Assembly: GCA_964019335.1 (NCBI GenBank)
Contig: OZ025700.1
Location: 434,001 to 498,000 of the forward strand
Origin: Diplonema japonicum
Taxonomy: Eukaryota; Protista; Euglenozoa: Diplonemea
Direction of reading: 5' to 3'
Length of the DNA stretch: 64,000 nt
The first letter of the stretch is position 1. Each line of letters begins with the position of its first letter. The position numbers and the translations under genes were made by a program. Below, piece by piece: positions 1-10,848 of the stretch. The notes below the pieces were generated by a model. The model did no database searches. It was not told the origin of the DNA and saw only the letters and a list, made by a program, of their open reading frames with translations.

Positions 1-2892
1 CTGAACACGTGTGAACAGGGCCCGCCCTGCTCTTTGCAGACGTCCCGTGCCACGCTTTATGACCCTCCTGCCGATGTCAGCTTCTCTCGTCAGCATTGCT
101 AACAATATCCCGCCAGGGCAGATATCTTTCAAATCACAGGTGCGCAGCTCTCCACCGTGAATCTCCATTAGACGCGATCTCTCTACGAAGCCCCTGCTAC
201 AACGCTGGAGCAGCGCCACAGATCTCTTTACGGTGGATATAGCTAACCTGTCTGCCATGCCACGTCCGAGTTTTTGGAGATTATAGCACTCTTTGATTTG
301 CACAATACGTTTCCGTTCCACATAGCCCCTGCCCAACTTCTGTACGTAGAGCCGCGAGATCTCTTCCTTTTGCCGCTGTGTCTCAGCTGCCTTGATTGCC
401 CACGTGTGCTCCCTTCCTCGATGTCCTCGAGACACCCGACATAGCATACCAGCAGCGCTCCTCCGCAGCTCGCGTGAGGCTTCTTCTCTGGACGCTTCCA
501 GCTTCACGTAGACCCTTCCCAACAACCCCCTTCCAAGGCACTGCAAGTATCGACTTACGTGCAACAGTCTTAGAAGGTGGTACATCGCGGCTCGTCCCTT
601 GCTGCCTTGGTGGACGTGCTGGATTGTTCGAGCTGATCTTGTTTCATTTCGGCGTTGTTTGAGCGTTGCCTTCGCCCTGTGGCACTTCCACAGCATCTGC
701 ACGGTGCGTGCCGACTTGTCCTCAATACGTTTTGTTTTCATTGCCTTGCAAGCAGCACGCACCCTCCATAATCGCTGCGCCATCTCTGCAGATTTAACTA
801 ACTGTAGATATGCAAACAGCCTCATTCGGGCTATGTGCCCCCTTCCCACGCGGGACATGTGGAGTGCTGTTACAAGGTGCTTCAGACTGACTCTAACTAT
901 GTACCCTCTGCACAGTCTTTGCAGCTGCTTGGTAGCCCGGAAGTGAATGGCACGCTGTTTGAAGAACTTCAAAGCGCAGTACCGCCTGTACATGCACTGT
1001 ATCATCAGAACCGACTTGTTTTCTTTCGCATATCGTGTTTTGTCTCTGCTGAACATGGCGCGCCCTATCCTTTGCAGATTGGCAACATCGACACGCAGCC
1101 TGCTCATCCTGAACCTGAAGATGCTCCCACGGCCCACTTTTTGCAGTATGTTGATCCTTCTGCACTGGGTGTTGAACTCTCTTTCTGCCAAGCGTCGCTT
1201 CCACATTTTCTGCAGAGCAACTGCAGCTCGCGCTGACCTTTGCTTGTGCAACTCCAGGACCTTTTTGAATTGTGCTCTTGTCATCACGCCCTTCCAATGT
1301 TTCTGCACCAACACAGCTGCGCGAGTTGTGAATATGAGCTCCTTGAATGCCTTCCTTGCCAAATACGACTTTGCGATGGCCTGGCAGAAGAATATCTTAT
1401 CCATGTCGGCGGCGTCACCATAAAGAATGACGTCTCTGTTGGTTGTGAAGTCGGTCAGTGGCCGATTGTTAGAGGCTGCCCTCGACACCCTCCGAGTGTT
1501 CCTCGCATTCAAGGCACGCACGCGGGCTCTTATGAAGATTGTGATCCTTGTCTCTACGACAGCCCTGTCTTGCTGCTCGTCTTGCTCAACGACTGTTCTG
1601 TTGAAAGCCTCGTTGTGCACGTCTGCCAACGTGTAAAAGACACCTGCAAAGAGCGACCCGTCGTGGGCGACGAGGTCACGCTCAGAAAACTCAAACCGGA
1701 TCAGCTCCACGCAGTCAAAGAACACGAGAAACATCTCAAAGCTCTTCTGTCCAATGCCTCCATAATCCCTCGGCACGTCTGCGAGCTTCATGGCGTCTTC
1801 CAGTATCGCTGCCACTGCATCGGGCATCATCTTCAGAAGCTCGCAAACTGCGTAAAGTGTCATGTCCCCGACGGGGAGGGTGAGCTGGTACGCACGCATG
1901 AGCCACACCCTGTGTCGGTCCTCAAGGATGTCAACGGCGTTCTTCTGGGTCATTTTCCCAACAATAGACACAAGGAGGAAGTTGCTGCTGATGATGAGCT
2001 TGCATAGATTCGGAGCCGAAAGCCATTTGATGAGTCCGTCTTGCCGGACCTGCTGCTTTGTCTTTGGGGCAGTCCGCAGCCAAGGCTTATCGGTTTTGGG
2101 TCGGAAGAAAGCGTCCTCTTCAGCACCGTAGGTTGTGGCATAGACACCTTGGCGTTGCAAGTAGACACGACGCAGGATCTCTCGCTTCGCTTTGCGGACG
2201 CGCCAGAAGCGTTGGACCTTGCCTGCGGAGAGGTTGGGCTTGATGACGTTGCTATAGTACAGGCTAGGGTTGGCAGGGGTGGTGCTCTCTTCGACGCTGA
2301 TGTTGAAACGTATGTCGGTTTCCTGAATGGCAAGACCCCGTGTGAGGATCAGTTCGTCAAGCACACGGCCGAGCTTGTAAGAATGCAAGAAAGACGCCAG
2401 CTGCGGCTTGTGGATGTGTCTGCCAATGATCTTTATCCCAGCTAAGCTGAAGGCATCAAAGACGAAGCTTGCCATGTACACGTCTTGTATCTCAGCTAGC
2501 GCAGAGACTACATGAACAGTCGGAACTGACTTGTTGCTCCGGAACATCTCTGGCAACTCCATCTTGTATGTCAATCGCAGGTGTTGGACGGTGGCGTCTG
2601 TGATGGGTCGGTTGTGTGTTACTTTGAAGAGGTTGACCACCAAGGGGTGCAGCAGCGACCTGTTTTCCTTCATCAGCCACCCTATCACCTCTGGGATCGT
2701 TGTCTTCGTTGTGTCGTCAAACAAGATGTCTAGCGACAGCCCCTCGTTGCTCCTCACCTTGTGCAGCAATGCTTCCGCATCAACCGGTGGTAGCTTCGGG
2801 GCTTTTTTCTTCTTCTTCTTCACGCTATCCACACCGATACCCTTCATTTCTATCTCCAGCTGCCCCATTCTATCTTGCGGCTTCGCGGACAT
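1..2892 (-). CDS. Multi-IQ-motif (calmodulin-binding) protein; C-terminus runs off the window start
   Basis: Minus-strand frame from ATG at 2892 (MSAKPQDRMGQLEIEMKG...) appears open to base 1, so it is absent from the ORF track. It has many IQ-like motifs (VQKHWKG, LQKMWKR, LQKVGRG, LQRIGRA, IQCMYRR, LQRLCRG, LQRAGRA). Confidence 0.8.
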   Translation of the reverse strand, partial: MSAKPQDRMGQLEIEMKGIGVDSVKKKKKKAPKLPPVDAEALLHKVRSNEGLSLDILFDDTTKTTIPEVIGWLMKENRSLLHPLVVNLFKVTHNRPITDATVQHLRLTYKMELPEMFRSNKSVPTVHVVSALAEIQDVYMASFVFDAFSLAGIKIIGRHIHKPQLASFLHSYKLGRVLDELILTRGLAIQETDIRFNISVEESTTPANPSLYYSNVIKPNLSAGKVQRFWRVRKAKREILRRVYLQRQGVYATTYGAEEDAFFRPKTDKPWLRTAPKTKQQVRQDGLIKWLSAPNLCKLIISSNFLLVSIVGKMTQKNAVDILEDRHRVWLMRAYQLTLPVGDMTLYAVCELLKMMPDAVAAILEDAMKLADVPRDYGGIGQKSFEMFLVFFDCVELIRFEFSERDLVAHDGSLFAGVFYTLADVHNEAFNRTVVEQDEQQDRAVVETRITIFIRARVRALNARNTRRVSRAASNNRPLTDFTTNRDVILYGDAADMDKIFFCQAIAKSYLARKAFKELIFTTRAAVLVQKHWKGVMTRAQFKKVLELHKQRSARAAVALQKMWKRRLAEREFNTQCRRINILQKVGRGSIFRFRMSRLRVDVANLQRIGRAMFSRDKTRYAKENKSVLMIQCMYRRYCALKFFKQRAIHFRATKQLQRLCRGYIVRVSLKHLVTALHMSRVGRGHIARMRLFAYLQLVKSAEMAQRLWRVRAACKAMKTKRIEDKSARTVQMLWKCHRAKATLKQRRNETRSARTIQHVHQGSKGRAAMYHLLRLLHVSRYLQCLGRGLLGRVYVKLEASREEASRELRRSAAGMLCRVSRGHRGREHTWAIKAAETQRQKEEISRLYVQKLGRGYVERKRIVQIKECYNLQKLGRGMADRLAISTVKRSVALLQRCSRGFVERSRLMEIHGGELRTCDLKDICPGGILLAMLTREADIGRRVIKRGTGRLQRAGRALFTRVQ

Positions 2893-2971
2893 ATTGCCGT
2901 CGTCAGCCGCTCCTGGATGCGGATTTAGATACGGCGAGAAATAAAAAAAGGAGGGGGGGGAAATGAACTGT

Positions 2972-4528
2972 CTAACTTTTCTTACCGTTAAACCAAGCCA
3001 TCTCTCGTATCTGTCTCCTCCGTCTGGATATCTTGCCTTCCTGCGGTGGAATATCTTGCAGATCAACATCCCCCTCGTTGTTTGGATCTTCAAGGACGCC
3101 TGCTTCAGTCGGTTCAGGCTCGTCATTCAAGGGAAGCCATTGCTGTTCGCCTGAAGGAGACGGGCCTGGCGAGGCTTCACTGAAGTACTTTGCATAGAGT
3201 CTTCCTTTGGGTTGGGATAGGGACTTGCGGAGGCGGTCGAGTGCACGCGCACGCTGCCCGTCGCCCGCCTTGGCGTAGACACGCATCAGCATAGCCCACA
3301 TGAAGAGATCGCCGAGGTGCAGGTCGTCCACTGAGGCCTCTTCAAACAGCGTCTCTGCTAATCTGACGTATTTATCGTCACTAGTGCTGCATGCGTCACC
3401 GCATGCCTGGATCATGATGGCGTAGCAGAGACGGTTGGGGTGTGTGTTGGTTTTCTTCATTGCACACCATATCCCATGTGCCTTGGAAAAGTCCCTCTCC
3501 TTCACGTAGAGTGACATGAGGTCGGCGTAGGCAGTCGGCTTGGGCTCGCGCAGCAGCGCAAAGCAGACTTCAGCAGTGGCGGCACACCCAATGTCGACGC
3601 ACTTTTTGAGAACATCGTGATAGGCGTTGAGGTTGGAGACCTCGACACCACGCTGGGACATGACTTCGAGGAGGGTGTTGAAACGTGAAAGGTCGCCGGC
3701 GCATGCTTGCAGGGGAAGCACCCACTGGTACACGTCGGTGGCGAAACCTGTTGAGTTGAAGATGTTTGCCGTCTTGTCAACAGCGGCAGCTAGCGAGTCG
3801 AGAGGGGTGTGGATGGCAACACCTGTCAAAGCTGCGGACACATGGTACTTCAGAATGTAGACCCCAGGTGTGACAGTCATCAGAAGGCTCACCTTTAGGA
3901 CTTCGTCTGGAGTGGTGGAGATGCGCAGCAAAGGACCGAATACCTTTGAGGAGAGCTGCTTCTGCGTAGCGTGGAGATACCTGTAAGTGTCCCATGACTT
4001 CTGAGGTAGAGAAGCAGCTGCGAAGGCTGTGACGAGGGCGGCAAAGCAATTCTGCGTGGGAAGCACGCCTCTACCGTGGGCGCACCTCCATGCATACCGT
4101 AGCCTCCGCAGATCGCCTTGTTCTGCATATGCCCAGTACAATTCACTGAAAGATTTTGCTGATGCAATGATCTTGTCGTTTTCCATTAATCGGAAAGCCT
4201 GCTCGGCTTTTTTGATGTTTCCTTGCACGGTGTGGATTCGAATCACAGCAGCCCAGCATCGTTCGCCAATGTGCCATCCGCTGGCTTTCAATGCCCGCAA
4301 GGCCCCAATAGGGATCCTCTCTTCGGCCTCCGTGTATGGGATCCACTTCGGGTACTTCCAGATGAACTCTCGCATCAACACCTTCGACAGATTCAAATCA
4401 TGCTCGTAAGGGGACCCGAAGGGTGGTGGAGGCATTTCACCTTCTCGCAGTCCCTTCAAATTCACGAACCTCCCGATGAACTTCTGCAGACTCGCATTTT
4501 CAGGTCCCCATATAGCGTTGCCTTTCAT
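2972..4528 (-). CDS. Pentatricopeptide-repeat (PPR) protein, probably organellar RNA binding
   Basis: 518-aa ORF with ~35-aa helical repeats (CWAAVIRIHTVQGNIKKAEQAFRLMEND, AYADLMSLYVKERDFSKAHGIWCAMKK, MWAMLMRVYAKAGDGQRA). Confidence 0.8.
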   Translation of the reverse strand: MKGNAIWGPENASLQKFIGRFVNLKGLREGEMPPPPFGSPYEHDLNLSKVLMREFIWKYPKWIPYTEAEERIPIGALRALKASGWHIGERCWAAVIRIHTVQGNIKKAEQAFRLMENDKIIASAKSFSELYWAYAEQGDLRRLRYAWRCAHGRGVLPTQNCFAALVTAFAAASLPQKSWDTYRYLHATQKQLSSKVFGPLLRISTTPDEVLKVSLLMTVTPGVYILKYHVSAALTGVAIHTPLDSLAAAVDKTANIFNSTGFATDVYQWVLPLQACAGDLSRFNTLLEVMSQRGVEVSNLNAYHDVLKKCVDIGCAATAEVCFALLREPKPTAYADLMSLYVKERDFSKAHGIWCAMKKTNTHPNRLCYAIMIQACGDACSTSDDKYVRLAETLFEEASVDDLHLGDLFMWAMLMRVYAKAGDGQRARALDRLRKSLSQPKGRLYAKYFSEASPGPSPSGEQQWLPLNDEPEPTEAGVLEDPNNEGDVDLQDIPPQEGKISRRRRQIREMAWFNGKKS

Positions 4529-5032
4529 TCTGTTACCATCTTTTTTTTTTATTCCTTCCGTCCTTTGCCTTTTTTTTAGATTAAAAAAATTTTTGGATTC
4601 AACAGAAAAAAAAAGAGGGGGAAAGGCACTGCTGCGGGGGTTTAAGTTAACTAAAAAAAGAGATGGAAAAAAAAAAAAAAAAAGAAGAAGAAGAAGTAAT
4701 TACCTTATGACTCATGTCTTTGTTGTTTCGCACGTGTAAAATGAAATGAAAAGAGGGTTTCTTTTTTCCCCCCACTTTTTCTTTTGCTCGACATAAGTAG
4801 CATAAGGAGGGGGCTTGCTTGCTTTGCTGGTGACTAAAGCAGTCCTTGTATTTCGATAGTCATAGGATCCGGTCCATCCTGTGGCCAAGTGAGACTTCTG
4901 GGTTGGGCCACCTTTTTTGTTGTTCTCCATTTTTTCGTGATGAAGAAAAAAAAAAAAAAAAAAAAACACCCCTTGAAAAAAAAAGAGGCAAAGAGTTCTT
5001 TCTGTTTTCATTTCCATTTTTTTTCTCCCCTC

Positions 5033-6907
5033 TCAAAACGCGTGTTCGGTTTCAGAGCCCTCGGGCGGCTCACTCAAAACACCGGACTGTAAGGGGGTGA
5101 TTTTTTCTTTTTCTTTTTTTTTTTTTTCCAATACCTCCATATTCGGTCCTTCGTGGGAAACAGGCAGGGGTTCGTCTGCAGGGCACATCTTATTCATCCA
5201 CATCATAAGCTCGAATTTATCGACTAACCAATTCCTCGTACACGCAGGGGGGTCGGGAGGGTTCCACAAGTGGCAAAACGCATCGTGTGCTCCAAAATGA
5301 ATACCGAAATGGCAGTAATTTGGCCCAATAACATGAGGCTCGGCCATGCTGAAACGATCGGTAACAGTGACCCTTGGGTTCGCACCGGCGAGCTTTGCCA
5401 AGGACTTCACAATGAGGACTGCGTTCTGATGAGCTGTTATGTGCTGGAGCTTGTTGACCACAGAGGACACACACAGTTCCTGTGGGTTCCAAAACATATC
5501 GCTGACGCACAACGGGTGGCCTGTGTCCCAGTGCACTTCTATTTTGTTGTTTGCATTAAGAGCCTCTCGTAAGATGCCGTGCACTGTTTGTTCAAAGGCA
5601 GCAAAGTCACGCCCTGCCTCTTCGTCCCATATGAATGCGTGCAAGAAAAGGTAATCTACCCCTTCCGTCAACCCCTCGGCATAGACGTCTCTCGTAGTCC
5701 TGGTTTTCTGTTTTGGCTGTTTCAGCAACGCCATGGCACGGGGGGAGACGTTCGGCCTTGCCATCGGAGTGGGGCCGCCGCCCCACACGTACCGGAAGGA
5801 AATGGTTTGCTTCTCGTTTTTCGGGTTGCTTCTCTTCACCTTCCACTGTCTGTGGTCGAAGGGCGAGTGGCATCCCCATTGGTGGTTGGCCTTCCATTGT
5901 TTTTGAACCCTTTTGGACTTCAAGATCTTCCCAATAGGGCATGACCTTTTGATCCAGTTGAACGATCGTTTTATGACAGACACACCGAGCAGGTTTTCCA
6001 GCAGGTTCGTGGCGGGCTGCTTCAAAGTAGAATCGCCAAACCACATCAGCCTCTTCCCGTTCAGGCAGTCCCACGCTGACTCCCTGTTGTACAACCGCAG
6101 GTAGCAGTCCTTCGGGACGTAGACCCATCCGTCGCTGGCGGCGTAGGAAAGGTCTCCTTTGCAGATGCCTGGGTAGCACGTCCCGTTTGGGGAGCGTACC
6201 CAGGAGCCTTTCAGGCCTGTGTTCCATGTCTGCTGGCAGACTTGTTTAGGAAGCACCGCTGTGCCGCCCACTTTGATATTTTTCGAGAGGTATTTGAATT
6301 CAGAGTTGGGGTCGTGGCACCACTCGTTGCTGGGCTGGGTTCGTAGCTTTGCAACGAGCGTCTCATGATAAGCGTTGAGGGTGGTTTTGAGGTATGGTTG
6401 GTGTGCTGCAGTTTCGTTGGGCCATCCCTTGAAACCCATCCATCCGGTGAAGAAGAGGTGAAGTCGCACCTCGAACACCCCTGGGAGGGCAGGGGTCCAG
6501 GTGAGCTTGTACAACCCGTTGCCTTCGTCATAGATGCTTGCAGGGACACGGTTCGTCTCGCTCCAGACGATTGCCTCGAACATGTCCCCAGATGTGCACG
6601 TCGGGTTGTCTGAAGTGTCGCGTGCTATGAGGTACATTGTCACCATGGTTCCTGCTGTTAGTGTCCCCTCCCCTTCCACGATCACTTCTGTGTGGTTTAG
6701 ATTCGTTTTCCTTCCTGGTGCCACCCCCCGACACCGCTCGCCTTGAAGCTTCTCATGAGAGTGAGAATGAGAGTGAGCTGTCTTTTCCTCCCGTTCCTCT
6801 TTTTCTTCGGGTATGTATTGTGACGTGTCTTCCCTTCCACCAAAACCCCCCATCGAGACGAGCACCAGCATCGTCACCACCGGTATTGCCACACAGGCAC
6901 TCTTCAT
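5033..6907 (-). CDS. Signal-anchored filamin-Ig + NXPE/PC-esterase (SGNH-like) domain protein
   Basis: Likely start MKSACVAIPVVTMLVLVSMGG (hydrophobic anchor). Filamin-like segment (AGTMVTMYLIARD...IYDEGNGLYKLTWTPALPGVFEVRL) and CLNGKRLMWFGDS motif. The longer ORF-track N-terminus overlaps the next gene and low-complexity spacer. Confidence 0.7.
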   Translation of the reverse strand: MKSACVAIPVVTMLVLVSMGGFGGREDTSQYIPEEKEEREEKTAHSHSHSHEKLQGERCRGVAPGRKTNLNHTEVIVEGEGTLTAGTMVTMYLIARDTSDNPTCTSGDMFEAIVWSETNRVPASIYDEGNGLYKLTWTPALPGVFEVRLHLFFTGWMGFKGWPNETAAHQPYLKTTLNAYHETLVAKLRTQPSNEWCHDPNSEFKYLSKNIKVGGTAVLPKQVCQQTWNTGLKGSWVRSPNGTCYPGICKGDLSYAASDGWVYVPKDCYLRLYNRESAWDCLNGKRLMWFGDSTLKQPATNLLENLLGVSVIKRSFNWIKRSCPIGKILKSKRVQKQWKANHQWGCHSPFDHRQWKVKRSNPKNEKQTISFRYVWGGGPTPMARPNVSPRAMALLKQPKQKTRTTRDVYAEGLTEGVDYLFLHAFIWDEEAGRDFAAFEQTVHGILREALNANNKIEVHWDTGHPLCVSDMFWNPQELCVSSVVNKLQHITAHQNAVLIVKSLAKLAGANPRVTVTDRFSMAEPHVIGPNYCHFGIHFGAHDAFCHLWNPPDPPACTRNWLVDKFELMMWMNKMCPADEPLPVSHEGPNMEVLEKKKKEKEKITPLQSGVLSEPPEGSETEHAF

Positions 6908-7319
6908 GGTGCGCGCACACCTCCTGTGGAGAGCTGGCAGTTTTGCAAGGTTACCAATAATAGGAATCACAAGAGAGATGGAAGGGCGAGGGAGGATGAA
7001 AGGACGAGGAAATACTGCACGGTGGAGCGAGACGATACTCTTTAAAGAATAAGAAGCCTCCCCCCTCTCTTCGACAAATCGAGAAGAAAGAAGAAACAAG
7101 AGGTGGGAAAGAAAAAAAAAATGAGCACACGTTTTTATCATGAGGGACGGTTTTCCTTTGCGTGTGATTTCCCTCCCAGGCCTAGCCCAACGCGAAGTAA
7201 CTTCTGCAAAGGGAAGGGTGCGGGAGGGGGAAAGCCCGACGAGGAGACTCAAATTCAAGCGAGTGTTATCAGCTAAAAAACGTGTCTGAGATTTTCTTTC
7301 TTTTTTTTTTTTTTTTCCT

Positions 7320-8105
7320 TCATTCCTTGCGTTTTGCGTACGCCTTCCAAGACATATCAGTCCCGCAGAGGTAGTCCCAAATGGGAAGCCAATCGCCGTA
7401 GTTCCCAAGGTTTTCCGTGTGGTGGTAGTCGTGCCTGATGGCAGAATTGCAGCATGGGCCTATGTTCCAAGCTGAGTAGGGCAAAGGAAGCGAGTATCCA
7501 CTGTGGGCATCGATGGTTTGCATAACACGTAGAGAAATGTAGAGGGCAAGGACAAGAGGGTGTGCCCCGAGGAGAAGAGGACCACCGACAGTGGTTAAGG
7601 TGTTAGCAGCGTCTTCAATGGGGTGATCGTACTCGGCAGCAATGGGCTCCGTTGCTTTGAAAGCGTGATGCTGCTTGTGGATCGCAGCGTAAAGGGACTT
7701 GTGATGCAACCCTCGGTGTGCCCAGTAAAAAGTGCAGTCTGTAAAAAGAAATGAAAATATAATCTGCCACAACACTGTTGTCCATTCTGGCAGTTCGTCG
7801 CACACCCCGCCGCCCAGCCCTATGAAGTATGCGAACGCGAAAGAAAGTACTGGGGTTACCACCATCGACCCCACTATGGCGTCTAAGTATGCTTCTTTCA
7901 GTAATTTCCCATCGTTCCCCTTTTCCCTCGATGGGTGTTGTATTTTGTACTGCTCGACCACCCCGCTCGCGCTGAGGGCTTTGTAGTACCCCAGTGTCCC
8001 CCAATGTGCTAGGAAATGCACCGTCGTGAGCAGCGTCGCCACGACCACGGCCTCGCCGTACTTGTCTTGCTGTGCCCGACAGGTTTCCACCCACATGTCC
8101 GACAT
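7320..8105 (-). CDS. Sterol desaturase / fatty-acid hydroxylase family (C-4 methylsterol oxidase-like)
   Basis: His boxes YWAHRGLHH, IHKQHH, HDYHH and the DAHSGY motif. ATG 8105 follows an A-run. Confidence 0.88.
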   Translation of the reverse strand: MSDMWVETCRAQQDKYGEAVVVATLLTTVHFLAHWGTLGYYKALSASGVVEQYKIQHPSREKGNDGKLLKEAYLDAIVGSMVVTPVLSFAFAYFIGLGGGVCDELPEWTTVLWQIIFSFLFTDCTFYWAHRGLHHKSLYAAIHKQHHAFKATEPIAAEYDHPIEDAANTLTTVGGPLLLGAHPLVLALYISLRVMQTIDAHSGYSLPLPYSAWNIGPCCNSAIRHDYHHTENLGNYGDWLPIWDYLCGTDMSWKAYAKRKE

Positions 8106-8438
8106 TTTTTTTCTCTTCTGCGAAATACCTGTCAGAGGGGATTTAATTTTGCGATTTTTTTTTTGATGGGAAACAGGTTCAGGCCATGACCAGCTTCTGT
8201 CTGTAAGGTGACGAGCGACCCCAACCCAGCTGGAAAGAAGTACAGGGTCAATGGCGTTTTCATACAACCAAGGGATAGATGGAATAATTTAAAAAAGAAA
8301 AACATGTATGGAGGGTGAGACGGGAGGGGGGGGGGAATAAGAATAGTATAAGAAAATATTGTTGGGGGGGGGGGGAGAGTGCATGTGTGGTTTTGTCATA
8401 AAAAATATAATAAAAATTTCTAAAAAAAAAAAAAAGTT

Positions 8439-9692
8439 CTAAATTAGGACCTTTTCATTCGCCTGCGACGCGGCCAGTCTTGGAGGCTGTTTGATTCTGT
8501 TCATAGGAATGGCTTTTTCGTTAGCGCAGCCTAGGTAAGATGTGATGTACTTGTCGCCTTTTGAGATGCCGACGGGTCCGTTCTTCCAGATCAGGTCGAA
8601 GCCTCCGACCCTTTCGGGGTTGTTGAGCGCCTTCTTTTCGATATCTAGGATGGTGAGAACGTCATCGAAAAGGTTGAATTTCATGTGGTAGTCTGCAGGT
8701 GTCTCCGCAGACATTGAAGGAGATGCGTTAACCTCGATAAGCCACGGCTTGAGCCGATCGTCAACGAGAACATCGAACCCATATAACTCAAAGCAGTGCT
8801 TGTCGTTAATCATAATTTTTTGAACGGACTGCAGAGTTCGCAGCACAACCTGTTGAACCTCCCCGAAGAGAACATTGGTTGCAGCCTCACCATACGTTGA
8901 CATTAGAAACTGTCGCAGCCTTCTTAAACCCCATTTGCACCCACTTTGCGTGTATTTTTGACTCGTTTTTTGAATCGCTGTGTTCGTCAGGTGGATGTAA
9001 GTGTTGTCGATTTCCTTCAAATTCATTGAGAATCTGTGGTGTGAAAACCTGCAGAATCCGGATCTCGCCATCCAAACAGTCAGAGGGGAATAACTTGTCA
9101 CCAACGCGTACAGTCGTAAGTCGTACTTCTTCCCTGCGACAAGATGCGGGTTTTCAATGTATCTCTGAACAACATATGTCTCAGCTTGTTGGCCTTCTTG
9201 CCTCCATTTGTGGTCCTTCCGCCAATCTGAAATTTGTGAGATCCTTGTGAATAAAAAGATGCCCTTCCCGCTTGCCCTTCCGATGGGTTTCATAATCCAA
9301 GCTTGCTGTGGGTTTCTCTTGTAGTCGACTTCAAACAGGCCGTATTCTGCTGGCAGGACGTATGTTTGAGGGAAGAAGTCGAATTTGGAAGCTTCTTGTA
9401 GCTTTTCCTCCTTCTCCAAGGTTTTTTTCATCCGCTTCAGGTTCTTGATGGTCAGGTCCTTCCTCGTCAGCTCGTAGTGGTTTCGGAAGTGGTTTACGCG
9501 CTGTCCGTCCTCCAGCCTCACGTGATCGAAGACGTCCCTCATCCACTGCAGGTCCGCCCAGTGGAGATCCCAGTCGAGGTCCGCCTCCGTTTCCTTCCAC
9601 CCTCTGCTCTTGCAAACATCGAAAACAGTGTTATGAAGATGCGATCGGAATTTTATGTTGCTCGTGGTCCGTCGTTCGTCTTTCTTGTCCAT
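8439..9692 (-). CDS. TTLL9: Tubulin polyglutamylase TTLL9-like
   Basis: TTL-domain motifs VNHFRNHYELTRKDL, WIMKPIGRASGKGIFLF, KYDLRLYALVTSY, HCFELYGFDVLVD, LIEVNASPS. Confidence 0.88.
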   Translation of the reverse strand: MDKKDERRTTSNIKFRSHLHNTVFDVCKSRGWKETEADLDWDLHWADLQWMRDVFDHVRLEDGQRVNHFRNHYELTRKDLTIKNLKRMKKTLEKEEKLQEASKFDFFPQTYVLPAEYGLFEVDYKRNPQQAWIMKPIGRASGKGIFLFTRISQISDWRKDHKWRQEGQQAETYVVQRYIENPHLVAGKKYDLRLYALVTSYSPLTVWMARSGFCRFSHHRFSMNLKEIDNTYIHLTNTAIQKTSQKYTQSGCKWGLRRLRQFLMSTYGEAATNVLFGEVQQVVLRTLQSVQKIMINDKHCFELYGFDVLVDDRLKPWLIEVNASPSMSAETPADYHMKFNLFDDVLTILDIEKKALNNPERVGGFDLIWKNGPVGISKGDKYITSYLGCANEKAIPMNRIKQPPRLAASQANEKVLI

Positions 9693-9774
9693 TTTTTTTT
9701 GTGGATATGGCTACTACAGTGAAGTAAGGATTACCCGCTTTTTTTTTGGAAGAAGTAAAAAAAAGGGGGGGGTA

Positions 9775-10752
9775 TTACAGAACATCCTTATCGGTCAATG
9801 GGGGATCGCAGGCACCCAGCCGTGTCACGCACAGCCCGCCAGACTTGTTTCCAACCTCAATAGATTTTTTCCAGTCCTTGTTTGCAACCCATGTCGAGAG
9901 GAAGCCTGCGTTGAAGGCATCGCCCGCACCCGTTGTGTCCACCACTTCAAGAACAGCAGGAGGGGGGTGGGCTGTCGTGGTCTGTGCCACACTGTCGTAC
10001 ACCCAGCACCCTGTTGCCCCGGACTTCACAACGATTAGAGAGAGATTTGGGTATCTCTCCCGCAGGGTGTTGATGACAGCACATGGTGTGTCGGCAGTGC
10101 ACCCCGTAAGCTTCTTGCATATCTCCCTTCCTTCTGTCTCGTTCGGGAGGAAGACATCAATTGTTCGCAGGAGCCTGTCCAGGTTCTCCCTCTCCCACGT
10201 CATCTCTGCGTCGAACTGAGTGTCCAACGAGAGTGTTGTCCCCGGCTGTTCCTTCTTAAGATCTTCAAGAAATTCAGCAAAATCATTGGTCTGCAACCCA
10301 AGACAGTTGTAATACCCATGCACGTGGATATGTGACGAGCCCTTCATGAACTTCACAGCATCAGGGTCCTTGTGAGGATAGAGCCCCCCGTTGGCTCCAT
10401 TGCACGAAACAAAAGCTCTGTCTGCAGCACCGCTGAGAACGATGCACGATCCTGTCACCTCGTCCGGTGCGATGGAGGCGGGGCCTGTTTCGCACCAATC
10501 CTCCAGTCCACTTTCTCTTAAAGTCTGCACAGTGCTTGCACCGTTGGCGTCATTGCCAATGCTGCCAATGAGTGCGATCTGTAGGTTAGGGTTGATGCCT
10601 TTCATGTGGCGTGCTGTGTTCGCCGCGCTCCCTCCTAATATTGTCTTGATGACACCCACGGTTCTATCCTCGCCCCACCCCGGGAGGCTGCTCAGCTGAG
10701 AAGCTACAACATCGACGTAAATATCACCAATTACCGAGATTCTTGGCACCAT
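9775..10752 (-). CDS. PfkB/ribokinase-family carbohydrate kinase
   Basis: GGSAANTA, IGNDANG, PNETE and DTTGAGDAFNAGF signatures. Confidence 0.93.
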   Translation of the reverse strand: MVPRISVIGDIYVDVVASQLSSLPGWGEDRTVGVIKTILGGSAANTARHMKGINPNLQIALIGSIGNDANGASTVQTLRESGLEDWCETGPASIAPDEVTGSCIVLSGAADRAFVSCNGANGGLYPHKDPDAVKFMKGSSHIHVHGYYNCLGLQTNDFAEFLEDLKKEQPGTTLSLDTQFDAEMTWERENLDRLLRTIDVFLPNETEGREICKKLTGCTADTPCAVINTLRERYPNLSLIVVKSGATGCWVYDSVAQTTTAHPPPAVLEVVDTTGAGDAFNAGFLSTWVANKDWKKSIEVGNKSGGLCVTRLGACDPPLTDKDVL

Positions 10753-10848
10753 TTCCGGTGTATTTCTGTTTTTTTTTTATTTCAAAAAAAGGGGAAAAGA
10801 GGAGAAGGAAAGAAGGAAGGAAATAAAAAAAGATGGTTCTCACTGTTC

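Noticed and set aside
6908-7408. N-terminal extensions in the ORF track (also 8106-8267, 35050-35145, 44104-44388, 61960-62094)
   Set aside because: They begin at upstream non-ATG codons within spacers or neighbouring 3' cassettes and translate as low-complexity sequence.
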